A stretch of DNA of 63,530 nt, filler included, from Octopus bimaculoides (lineage: Eukaryota): the NCBI RefSeq assembly GCF_001194135.2. It is 4 parts of 4 records of this genome, joined end to end, with 100 filler letters (N's around TTAATTAATTAA, not from the genome) between each part and the next. Parts side by side here need not be neighbours in the genome. Positions count along the whole stretch, not along the records: positions 1 to 26,557 come from NC_068996.1; 3 more parts are not named here. One strand, given 5' to 3'. Shown here piece after piece: positions 11,855 through 22,836 of the stretch. The translations under genes and the position numbers were made by a program. Numbering within the stretch: position 1 is the stretch's first letter; each line of letters begins with the position of its first letter. Below the pieces are notes generated by a model. That model had not been told where the DNA came from. It saw nothing but the letters and a program-made list of their open reading frames with translations, and searched no databases.

Positions 11855-12477
11855 CTGAGGACAAAGAGATGAATATTTTATATTTTGGACATTGTATTTT
11901 CCAGAAATCATTTTTTTTTTTCTTTACCAAAATAACAATGTCTAACAGTAGCATAAGGAGTGGTGAGTACTAATATAGTTGGTTATATGGGACTGCCCCA
12001 GTATTTTACTGGCACTTTTTTATTTTCCATGGAAAGATGAAAATTAAATTGGATCCAGTGAGACTTTAGCTTGGAACTCAAGAATTCATAGTCAAAAGCA
12101 AGAATCACTTTCTGTCAGTTTGCCAAATTTGATATATACTTTGTTGTTGGGAAATAAACGTGTGTGTGTATCTATCTATCTATCTATCTGTTTGTCTACA
12201 TATATATTCATATATTCAGACAGACAGACAGACAGACAGACATAGATAGACAGACACTATGTTAAGATTTAACAAACTGGCATAATTCAAGCAGCCAACA
12301 AATAATTATAAAAATATAATGACGGATAAAGACAATGATAATGATAGTGGTGGTGGAGATTATGATGACAATGATGATGATGTCTGTTTAATTGATACCA
12401 GAAGGTTTACTTCAGTAGGATTTGAATTCAAGACATATAAAGGGCCATAATTAATTGCATCTTTGCATGCATGCATC

Positions 12478-12522
<45 letters not shown>

Positions 12523-13553
12523 ATGCAAATAAACAAAATGATGAAAGAAGAATTTAATGCTAGATTTTGAATAAACACATGTATTGAATACTCCCTTTCT
12601 TTTTCCTACATCTACAAAGTTCATTAGACAGATTTGGTATTAATTATTTCAATTTAATTATTTTCTTGATTTATTTAAAATGTCACTTGACAGAGAAAAT
12701 TATGAGAAAAAGATTCAGATCCATGAATGTGAAAGATATATGTACGATACCATAATTTGTGTGTGCATGCATGTGAGTAAATTTGTGTATTTGGCCGTGT
12801 ATTCATATGTACATGTATTTAGATGTATACGTATTTATGTGTGTATGTATATGAGGTTTTATATGAGTGGATATGTGTATCTATGTGTGAGTATGTGTAT
12901 GAGTGTGTGGGGTGTGTGTTTGTATTAGTGTATGCGTTTGTATTAGTGTATGTGTATTTGTGTGTATGAATACATGAACCATATGAGAGCATGCATGTGT
13001 TAGTATGTGAGCTTATGTAATATATTATAGAGAATGTATAAACATGCATATGTGTATATTCTATAAGATCAGTATGTGTACAGATGAACGCACAAATGTG
13101 TGCATGCATGTATATGAAGACGTATGTGTGTGTGTGTGTAAATATAGTTGACGATAATGTGAAGGCTGAACAGTGATCACTATTGTGTTTATAAATCATT
13201 TAACAACAACAACGACACTTATAACAACAGCAAGCCTTATAGGTTATGAAAGAATATCAAATTCCTCAGGTTTGGGTGTTGGAAAATCAGAATAAATGCC
13301 ATTTAGAATAAGGGTTATACATTGTTACTAACAAAAGAAAAATTCAAATGACATGTTGCACATACAAATACATGCATATTTTTATGTGTATATATGGAGA
13401 GACATACACATTTATATCTATACACATATATAACCATCTATAAATCTATTTCTTTCTTTATATGTGTATATGTTTATATATGTATTCATACACACACACA
13501 AAAAATATCTATATTTATCTATCTATGTCTTTATACATATATACATATACACA

Positions 13554-13556
<3 letters not shown>

Positions 13557-13645
<89 letters not shown>
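13557..13645. repeat. (TG)n(TA)n compound microsatellite
   Basis: Direct inspection. Confidence 0.95.
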
Positions 13646-13647
<2 letters not shown>

Positions 13648-14577
13648 ACACACACCTACATGTGGGTATATATATTTATATATACATACACACACATGCA
13701 CATATACACACATACACACACACACACACACACGCATATATAGATGTAAATATACAAATGTAAATATATAAATATACACATAAGCATACACACACCATGT
13801 GTGTAATTAGTTGCAATACAAATGAAAGAGAAAACAAAATTTACCTTTGTGTATTTATAATCAACATGACAGAAGCCTAGCAGAGTGTAGTGCATGAAAA
13901 CATTTTCAGAAACACAGAAACCAACATATTCCACATGTGGTTCCCCTAGATTCCGAAAATATTACAAGAACAATAACAGACCTACAAATCTATCATTGAT
14001 CCAATATGAGAAACTGACGTGATCCAAATATATGTCTTCACATGACCAATGACCATTCTGCTGGCGGGGGGGGGGGGGGTTTAAAAAAAAATTATTATTA
14101 GATATATTAGTTAGTCCATTTCTTTGTAAACAGATGTTACATTGCTTTGCGAGTTGCAAAGCTGAGTTGCTTGGATTCACAGGGACGGTGCCGTGGAAGG
14201 CAGAGATTGATTGACAGAGTGTTGGAATGACAGAATGACAGAGTAAGGGAGGGAGATGTTGATAATGCTATTGAGCATTGTACATAGAAATCAATAATGT
14301 TTTATGAAATCACTATTTCTAAACAGCAGGCTAGAACGAGCAGCCAGTTTATTTGAAGAAGAAATTTTTACTTTTTTATTTTTACAAGCAACACGCAAAG
14401 CTAAACCAGCATATATAAATGTGAACGTTCACCTCCTATTCATGATTGGATGAAGGGAGTGAATTTGTGTGTTGGTATTTGGAAAGAAGTAATACATTTC
14501 ACTTTAAACANNNNNNNNNNNNNNNNNNNNNNNNNNNNNNNNNNNNNTATATATATATATACACACACACACACAAA

Positions 14578-14609
<32 letters not shown>

Positions 14610-15096
14610 GATACATGTACGCACACATACACACATGTATTTGAGTATATACATATATAAATATATATATATATATATATACATTGTAGTTGCGTGAAAC
14701 CGAAATCTATCAGAGATCCAACAGAGAAAGTATTGATTAGAAGTAACTGCTTCAGGTGAAAAGATGGCTGCTTGAACAATTTAAAATCCTAGAAGGAAAT
14801 ATTCTAGAAAATATATAAAATAAACTCAACAAATGGTGCAGAACTAGAACTCAGTGAAATGATACAGCAAAGGCATTAATTGAAGTTTGATCAATTAGCA
14901 TACATAAAATATAATTACCAATATTAAACATGTCACACAAACAAAAAAAATACTACATTAAGAGAAGGTTAAGAGAACAGTAGAACAATGCACACCCACA
15001 CATCTATTTCTGTGGAAGGTTTATATACATATGTACTTTTCAAAATCATCCAAGAAAAGATTCAGTGGAATACATGCGCACGCACGCATACACATA

Positions 15097-16000
15097 CAGA
15101 GGGTGTCTAAAAAAAATGTATAAAATGTATACATATATTTGAATGATTACAAAGTCAGTGTTTATTAAAATAGATTTCATTTTCAAAATTTAGAAGAGTC
15201 TACAGACAGAATTTAATTTTTTTTACGAATGCCTGTTTTCAAACTAATGACCATTCTTGTCCAGGTACAGATGATAGCATGAAGCAACAGAATTGCAAAA
15301 AATCAAGAAACATTGTTTGGTATTTGAATGAATATTCATGCAATAGCTGCCTTCAATTCATCCTCTGTTGTCAGTTTTGTACTGTAAACTTTTATCCTTT
15401 AATTATCACCATAAGAAAAGTTTAGTGGTGTGAGGTACAGTGAAAATAGAAAGTATTCTACTGAACCTCCCCCATCTAATTCACCTATTTGGTAAAATCT
15501 CATCAATATAGGTCCTAACGTTAATATGGTAGCATGGAAATGACCTATCTTGTTGGAAATAAAATTCTGCATTGTCAAAATCCTCTTGAATGCTTGTCAT
15601 TACAACCGGTCAGAGCTAAATTGACATGATGTTTGTTCCCTCATAATATACAGATTCTCAAGTTCACAGCAGGTACAAAAGGGGTGGTTAATGGAACCAT
15701 TTAATTTAAATGTAGCTTCATCATTTCAAACAATCTTTTTTTAAAAAATCTGTATCTTCTACACATCTTGCTAACTACAAAACACTTTTCAGCCTAGATC
15801 ATCTTCATTGAGAGCGTGAACTATTCTTGGGATACAACTTTGTCAATGACAACACTTCAAAATGCTTGCCACACAGATTTTCTTGAACTCTGGCAATATA
15901 ATTCCAATACACTTTCTTGCATTTTGGGATTTGTTGATGTCTATTCTTCTGGAACGTTTTTTTGTAGACATTTGGACACAGAAGTTTGAAGCATGTGGAA
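15097..16000 (-). mobile_element. Decayed Tc1/mariner-superfamily transposon
   Basis: Minus-strand remnants EFYFQQD...NVRTYIDEILPNR*I and IVHALNEDD match Tc1-like catalytic regions; TA|CAGAGGGTGTCT TIR-like end at 15097; right boundary approximate. Confidence 0.6.
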
Positions 16001-16134
16001 TTTTTCAGTCTTACTCGAGTAAGTCATGTAAGTGGGTCTATTTGAAACTCCTCCCCAAACTATCATTGCATCTGTATACATATGTGTGTGTGTGTGTGTG
16101 TGTGTGCATGCATGTACACATCTATCTATCTGTC

Positions 16135-16264
16135 TTGGTTTTGCACCTAAAAAATGCTTAGCTGTATAAGCAACTTATCAGATTCCTTTTACTTGTAGTA
16201 AGATTATGTGCCTCCATCCATCTGAGTCTGATGAGTCGTCTAGGTGCAAAACCAATGGTTACTC
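16135..16264 (+). ncRNA. Degenerate type I hammerhead-like motif with a 15-bp inverted copy (Penelope pLTR remnant)
   Basis: GAGT-CTGATGA-GTCGTCTAGGTGC-AAAA(CGAAA to CAAAA)-CCAATGG-TT-ACTC; TTGGTTTTGCACCTA (16135-49) is the perfect reverse complement of 16241-16255. Confidence 0.45.
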
Positions 16265-16655
16265 TCTAGCCAGCCATAATAATCAACCTTCTATATATAT
16301 ATATATATATAGATATATAGATATATATAATTAACTCACCCATACCAACCTATATCTTCTCAAAACGGCCATTAGACTTTGCACCTGCTCAAGATTCCTT
16401 TTAAAATCATTCTATACAAACTTTCTCATCTATTTGGATTACTGCTATACATTCCCCATCCGCATATTTTAATAGCCTCATTGATTTTAATACAGACATA
16501 CAACCTCCCAAGTACATTCATGTATTATTATATATTTATATATTTATAAATTTTTATATGACTGCACCTATGTATGCCGTGGAGTATTCCAACGCTTTGA
16601 AATATATTGAGTGAATATAAACAGTGACCTTTGAAATTTGTTCTCTCTTTCTTGG

Positions 16656-16666
<11 letters not shown>

Positions 16667-16717
<51 letters not shown>
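16667..16717. repeat. (TG)n microsatellite
   Basis: Direct inspection. Confidence 0.95.
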
Positions 16718-16720
<3 letters not shown>

Positions 16721-17543
16721 CAGATTTAGCAACTATAGTAATCGACTAAGGGATAAAATATCCATATATACTATTGGTATCCATTACCTGTAATATCCCC
16801 GGTCAATGGTGTGCAGGCAGACAATACACGTAGAGTGCAGATAACAACAGGATAAACAAAAGTTTATCAGGAACCAAGGCAAATAATTAGAAAATGGAGA
16901 AAACCATAGATTAACCAACACATCGGTTGGACCACATTTATACCTTATTCTTTAATACAAAGCATGACATGACAAAATAGGTGATGTAACATATCTTACA
17001 GCTATATGCATGAGAATACATACATAAAAGAAAACATATAATTTTGCACATATACATACATACACATACAAAAATGCCCTGTAGATGTTGAAATTCCAAG
17101 GAAGGAGCCTTGGATCTAGGTTAGAAACCAGGTCTTTCTCTATTGGCAAGAAATCTTGAAATAAAACTGAATAATGACATACATACATACAAACTGTAAA
17201 AATTCACACACACACACACACACACATTAACATGCTATATACGAATAAAATTGTAACTGAAGATTTGAAAAACTAAGAATATTTTAAAGAAGGGAGAAGA
17301 AGTGATGTTTAAATACGGTCAGCAACAACTTTTGAGATATACTCTATTTGCAGTTGATAAATTAAACACTAGTTAATTATATAATAGTTTCTCGGTAAAC
17401 TATATTTGCTTTGCTGGTAGAACTGGCCAAGTGCCTTGTAAAGAAATCAATATTATCAGTTTTTGGATACAGTCAATTCCAAAGACTCAGTGAACATAAC
17501 ATTTCAGTAAAAAAAATTTTTTACAATTTTTAAAAAGAATTAC

Positions 17544-17601
17544 CTTTCTAATGGTTCTAAGACCAATTTCTTCACAGAATCACCCTCTATTTCTTCTTGC
17601 T
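17544..17601 (-). CDS. Candidate exon of gene A ((E)QEEIEGDSVKKLVLEPLE, phase 1-2)
   Basis: Strong acceptor tatttctatttttcag|, donor AAG|GTAATT, 58 nt, only one open frame. Confidence 0.55.
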
Positions 17602-17986
17602 CTGAAAAATAGAAATATAGAGCTTTTAAGTTTATAAACAAATTGGTTTATATAAAATTGCAGCAATTTTAAGCTTAAAAAGTAATATGAACTGTAAAAT
17701 TTCAAGTTTCATAAATTATTTTAGAAAAACAGAAAAAATTTAAAAAATTTATTTTATATAAACAAGGCACAAGCATGGATGGGTGATTAAGAAACTTGGT
17801 TTACAACCACTTTGTTTCAGGTTCAGTTCTACTGTGTGGCACCTTAGCAAGTGTCATCAGCTATAGGGGGTTCCTATAAGGTTGTTATCCACCCCTGATT
17901 GGAACTCTCCCGTATGACATGTACGCATGCTCAGTGACTTGCTTTAACTTCCGCAGACGATTCACATACTGTACTAACCGGTTAAT

Positions 17987-18265
17987 ATGTTTCCAAAGAA
18001 ATCACGCAAATACTGCTTTATATGCAGCCACTATAGAGGGAAGAATGTAGACGGCAAAGTTATTTCACTACATAGATATCCTGCAAATGTAGCTATTCGT
18101 CGTATTTGGCTTCAGAGATCGAGACTTGTGAGGAAAGACTTTGTTTACACTGCAAATAGCCAAATGTGTCCCCAGCATTTCGTCAATTTTAATGGACCAT
18201 CGAAAGATCACCCCTTGCCATCCATTTTTCCAAACAAAATATTTAAAATATCAGTAAGTGCATGA
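17987..18265 (+). CDS. THAP zinc-finger domain (first exon of a transposase-like ORF1)
   Basis: YCFIC...ISLHRYP...IW...MCPQHF...LPSIFP is the C2CH THAP pattern; consensus donor CA|GTAAGT at 18254 directly after the domain. Confidence 0.85.
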   Translation: MFPKKSRKYCFICSHYRGKNVDGKVISLHRYPANVAIRRIWLQRSRLVRKDFVYTANSQMCPQHFVNFNGPSKDHPLPSIFPNKIFKISVSA

Positions 18266-18752
18266 TCATATATACGCAGTTAGTAGATGAGTGAAATGTC
18301 TCATTGATTTATCTCCTCACTAACCGATTAGAACATGTTAAAATTCAAGAGAGAAACAAATTCGAGTGGTGTACGTCGGGCTAAACACGAATGTTTAATC
18401 TAATAATTGTTGTGTTGATGTACAGGTATTTTTAATAAAGAATTTTGCATTCAAATAATAAATACATTGAAATTGTTGTTAATGTTCTGAATGAATGTGA
18501 AAATTTCGAGTAAGCCTAGCTATGATATTTTTCTTTATATATATATATATATATATTTATTAATAAGGATAGAAATTGATATTAATCAATTAGAACCAGT
18601 GGTCTAGCATATTAAAAAAATCCGAAGATTAAAATTATATTACATACAAAAATAAGAGGAATGACCAGCAAAAGTGGACTCCTATATGCTAGAAATAGAT
18701 GCCGATTCGGCACTTTTGCTGGTCATTCGTCTTATTTTTGTGTGTATATATA

Positions 18753-18790
<38 letters not shown>

Positions 18791-18881
18791 ATTAAATAAT
18801 AAATTTACAGCATTGAATCTAATATTCCTCTAATTATTAGACTTTATANNNNNNNNNNACAGCATTGAATCTAATATTCCT

Positions 18882-19194
18882 CTAATTATTAGACTTTATA
18901 GTGTGACTGTCCCTACCTCTTCTACACCTTATCATGCTCATGGCCAAATCAGTGAATGGTTGCTGAAAGCAGATAGGGATCAGGCAATACTTCTGCTTAT
19001 TCCTGTCTGAAGTATCGTCCGATGAATTTACTTTGTTGACATTCTTCATCGACAGAATTTTTATACCTTTCAAACCTTTCAATCAAGTCCGTCTTTCTTC
19101 CAGTAACATACTGTCCATATAATCTTAAATATTTCTTTAACTCAGGCACAGTAAGTACTTCGATAGCTGAATCATTGAGCTGCTTTATATCCAT
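18882..19194 (-). pseudogene. SAP-domain ORF2 N-terminus, frameshifted
   Basis: LTVPELKKYLRLYGQYVTGRKTDLIER is the SAP motif; removing one T near 19072 restores ...LIERLKGIKILSMKNVNK..., joining ORFs 18997-19194 and 18882-19082. Confidence 0.75.
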
Positions 19195-20269
19195 GATAAG
19201 ATGTAAAACAATAACAATAGCGTAGATAGTCTGCGGAAGTTTAATTGTCTACATAGAGCGCTGCCTAGCCAAGGGAGATAACCTACTTATAGGAAAGCCC
19301 TATAGCCCCAGACCAAGGAAAGCCTTGTGAGTAGATTTTTCAGACAGAAACTGAAAGAAGCCCTTCATGTGTGTGAGAGAGTGTGTGTGAACTGGGGATC
19401 TCCATGTTTTGACATCACATGATAGTTATAAATGAATGTCTCAGTCATACAAAAAATGTCCATTTTCAATCTTCTGTGAAAACATGTCTTGTCAAGGGGA
19501 AACATTACCATACTTGGAACCAGGTGAGGGTTGGTGACAGGAAGGGCATCTACCTCAACAAATTTCGTCCAATCCATGTAAGCATGGACAAATGGACATT
19601 AAAATAATGATTATGCTGATGGTGATGCAAAAATCTAGATCAGTATTAATTGGAATCTTCTGGATTGTTCTTTACACCAGATTCAGAAGCACTATGGTAA
19701 AATACATTCCAGTTATGACTATTCGATTTGTTTTTCCATTTCCAGGTGCAGTATATCTAGGACTACATTACCCAATTTTTTTTTTTACTTTTAAGAGGGT
19801 AAAAATGCAATTTGAAGAAATGTAGCTGTTTTCATTATAATTCATGCAACTACATAAGGACTTGTCACTAGTTGGAACACTCTTGATACTGTTTAACGCA
19901 AGGATGAGACAAGATGAAGAATTATGTTCAAAGATATTCCAACCATGATGATTCCATCTTTTTCACAAATACAATGTATACAGGACTGCATATTATTTAA
20001 TACATCCTTCTTTTTCTAAGATATGAGGGAAATTTTGGTGCTATTTTTTAACAAAAACTAATAGCAGTAAATGATAACATTCCAATCACTATGTGGTAGT
20101 CAGGGTGTGATATGAGGGAAGTTTAGTTGCTATTTCTAGCAACACTAAATAAAAATCAACATGCACCAGTCATATCATCTTGACAAGGAATCTTGGAATT
20201 GTATGAAGATAATGGAGGTAGTGAAGGATCATGTTGGTGGCTTTTGTTTTTATATTGGAGTTAGTGACC

Positions 20270-20492
20270 AATAGGTGCTGGTGCTACATAAAAAGCACCC
20301 ATGCTAATACTGTGTAATAGCACCCAGTATACACTGCAAAGTGGTTGGCATTAGGAAGGTTATCAAGCCATAGAAACTGTACAAAAACAGACATGGAGCC
20401 TGAACAGCTTTTCTACTGGTCAGCTCCTGTCAAACTGTCCAACCTGTGCCTGCATGTAAAACAGCCATTAAATGATGATGATGATGATGATG
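20270..20492 (+). mobile_element. SINE family E copy
   Basis: AAAAAGCACCC...GTGGTTGGCATTAGGAAGG...CCATTAAA(TGA)n. Confidence 0.7.
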
Positions 20493-21469
20493 TTGAATAG
20501 CACCAGTGGTTGCAACAGATCAATCATTGGATCATTATGTTTATTCAGGTGACAAGTGATAAGGAAGTATGTGATTTCGTGCTGAGCAATTATCACAAAG
20601 GACTTTATTGAAGTGCACTGATTTAATGGTTTTTGTCATTGATGTTTATACCCTACGCCAATATACAAAGGCAAAAAATACACACACATGCTGAAAACAA
20701 ACTTCTGCATAGTTTCTATGTGTCTATCAAATCCCACCCACAAGATACTGGCCCCTCCAGACTATTGTACAAGACACACAATGGAATCAAACCAAGAATC
20801 ACAGGGTTATGAAACAGGCTTGTTAACCACACAGCTATGCTTACATCAAACTAATTTCCTTTCATTAATATAACAAACTGAAATGAGAATTCCTTGGGGT
20901 CACTTAACTAAATCACTATTTTTAGGGGTAACATATTGTAGGAGCAGGAATTTTTATTGGAGAGAAATAAAATCACTTAGAGATTATTTAAATACTAGTG
21001 GAGAAAGAAAAAGAGTAAAAAAGAGAAAGAAATGGCGAGAATAAGACGAGAGGAAAAAAAAAGTAAGAGTTAAGGAGAGAGGGACTTTGAGAAACACAGT
21101 AAGAGTGAGTGAGGGAGGGAGAGAGGAGAGAGTGAGGAAGTGAGAGAGAAGGAAAGAGAGGGAGAGAGAGAATTTAAAGGAGGTAAAATGATTAAGAGAA
21201 ATTAGTGGTTTAAGGAAAAGAAATCACATCTAAAAGATTCCAAGAATTATAAAAAATAAAAAGGAAAACAAAACAAAAAAGTGTTTCATAAGTATTTTTG
21301 CAGCTAAAATGAAACATTAGGAAAAATATTAACACTGAAGTTTATGAAAATGGCATCAAAAACAACCCCCCACCTCAAAACTCAAAATATTTCAGAAGAT
21401 TCTTTGAACATACAATACATGTTCAAACAGAAATCTTCATAGAAGCAGGAAACCTGAAACTTCTTTTAC

Positions 21470-21509
21470 CAAAGGCAGTTATATCAGATGACTTTAAGAG
21501 TATTGAAAG
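21470..21509 (-). CDS. Candidate 40-nt exon (LSILLKSSDITAF in phase 0, or frameshifting cassette)
   Basis: TACTAAT branch-like motifs plus a long pyrimidine tract ending ttag|; donor TTG|GTAAAA. Confidence 0.35.
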
Positions 21510-21611
21510 CTAATTTAGAATATTGAAAGTAAATAAAATGAAATTAGTAAAATTAGTAGATCAAGGTTTGTGTAGAGGGGTGGCAGGCGGGGAAAGAAAA
21601 ACTAATCATTT

Positions 21612-21835
21612 TTATCTTTTATCTTTTACTTGTTTGTCATTAGACTGTGGTCATGCTGGGGCACTGCTTTGAAGAGGTCTTAGCCTTATGAATTGCACCC
21701 CCACCACCATACTTTGTTTTCTTTTCTTTAAAGCTTGGTACATATTCTATCGATATCTTTTGCTGAACTGCTAGGTTACAGAGAAGTAAACACATTGGCA
21801 CCAGTTGTCAAGTGGTGATGGAGGGGGACAAACAG

Positions 21836-21885
<50 letters not shown>

Positions 21886-22015
21886 CAGTCTCCTTTCAGT
21901 CAAGCAAATCCACTCTCAAGGCTTTAGTCAGCTCAAGGTACCATGCAGTGGGGCTGAACCCAGAAACATGTGGTTGGGAAGCAAGCTTCTTACTAATTGA
22001 CTGCACCTGCTCTGA
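21612..22015 (-). mobile_element. Composite SINE family B/C with internal (CA)n(TA)n
   Basis: Full body, internal microsatellite and head in reverse orientation. Confidence 0.8.
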
Positions 22016-22469
22016 GGAAAAATGAAATAAATTTTTAAATGGTTTATATTAAGCATAGTTTTGTAGCACCATCGTCTAATGTCCGCTTTCCATGTTGGTA
22101 TGGGTTGGACAGTTTGACATGAAGCTGCCAACCATCCAAATCATGCAAGCATGAAAATTGGACATTAAATGTTGTTGTTGATGATGATGATGATGTATGT
22201 GTACATAAAACTGTGTCTAAGAGAAATTTAATGTTGTTTGCAAGAAAGACAGCAGTGGTATGGATTTTTGATATTTATGGATGACGTCAGATGTATAAAA
22301 AAAGTGCCAAGCACTTGAGGTCGATTGGACTTGTGGAAGAGGAAGACTTAAGAAAACATAAAAGAAGTGCAAACTAACTTGAAATTGCTGAACTTCACCA
22401 ATGAAATGGCAAGATAGCACAATGATTGTCAAAATGTTGCAGTAGACAAAACTCACTATTTCAGGTAAA

Positions 22470-22790
22470 TACAGGGATCTTTTTTAAAACGGGGGCCACA
22501 GTATTTTCTTAACGAAACACTTTGAAACTTGGAACACTGGTAGAATGTGTCATATAAAACATCTTTTTCTCTTAGTCTTCTTAAAAAAAAAAAGAAACCC
22601 CTAAGTTATTCCATGTTAAAGTTGTCGTATTTCTGTAATTTCAACCAATCACTGACGTCCATTCAGCCGATATACATTAAGTGCCGACTACATAAACAAA
22701 CGATTCTGAAACAATTCTATCGGTGATAAAGTTATTATTTCCTTGTCAAAAAATGGCTGAAGCATATTGGCAGTAGCTAATAAACCTTTC
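22470..22790 (+). mobile_element. Probable 5' end of a Tc1-like DNA transposon
   Basis: TA|CAGGG start, CpG-retaining island with CCAATCACTGACGT promoter-like motif, ending near a possible ATG; no second TIR visible (adjacent gap). Confidence 0.3.
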
Positions 22791-22799
22791 TATTATAGG

Positions 22800-22836
22800 C
22801 TAACCCTAACCCTAAGGTTAGGGTTAGGGTTAGGGT
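22800..22836. repeat. Interstitial inverted telomeric repeat (CCCTAA)n/(TTAGGG)n
   Basis: CTAACCCTAACCCTAAGGTTAGGGTTAGGGTTAGGGT centred on CCTAAGG. Confidence 0.85.

Larger units (their letters stand above)
17866..19300. mobile_element. TIR DNA transposon, internally deleted, ISL2EU/PHIS-like (convergent THAP and SAP ORFs)
   Basis: TIRs GGGGGTTCCTATAAGGTTGTTATC vs GGGCTTTCCTATAAGTAGGTTATC (19/24 identical); flanked by TATA (17862-65, 19301-04), or AT if the terminal A/T belong to the element; CpGs retained inside a CpG-depleted region. Confidence 0.85.
17765..19390 (+). mobile_element. SINE family B/C copy split by the DNA transposon (17765-17865 and 19301-19390)
   Basis: ...GGCACCTTAGCAAGTGTCATCAGCTATA | TATAGCCCCAGACCAAGGAAAGCCTTGTGAGTAG... 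rejoins into the family sequence ...GTGTCTTCTACTATAGCC..., as seen in reverse at about 52890-52950. Confidence 0.85.

Noticed and set aside
18807-18900. About 40-bp direct duplication flanking a 10-N gap
   Set aside because: Typical unmerged contig overlap.
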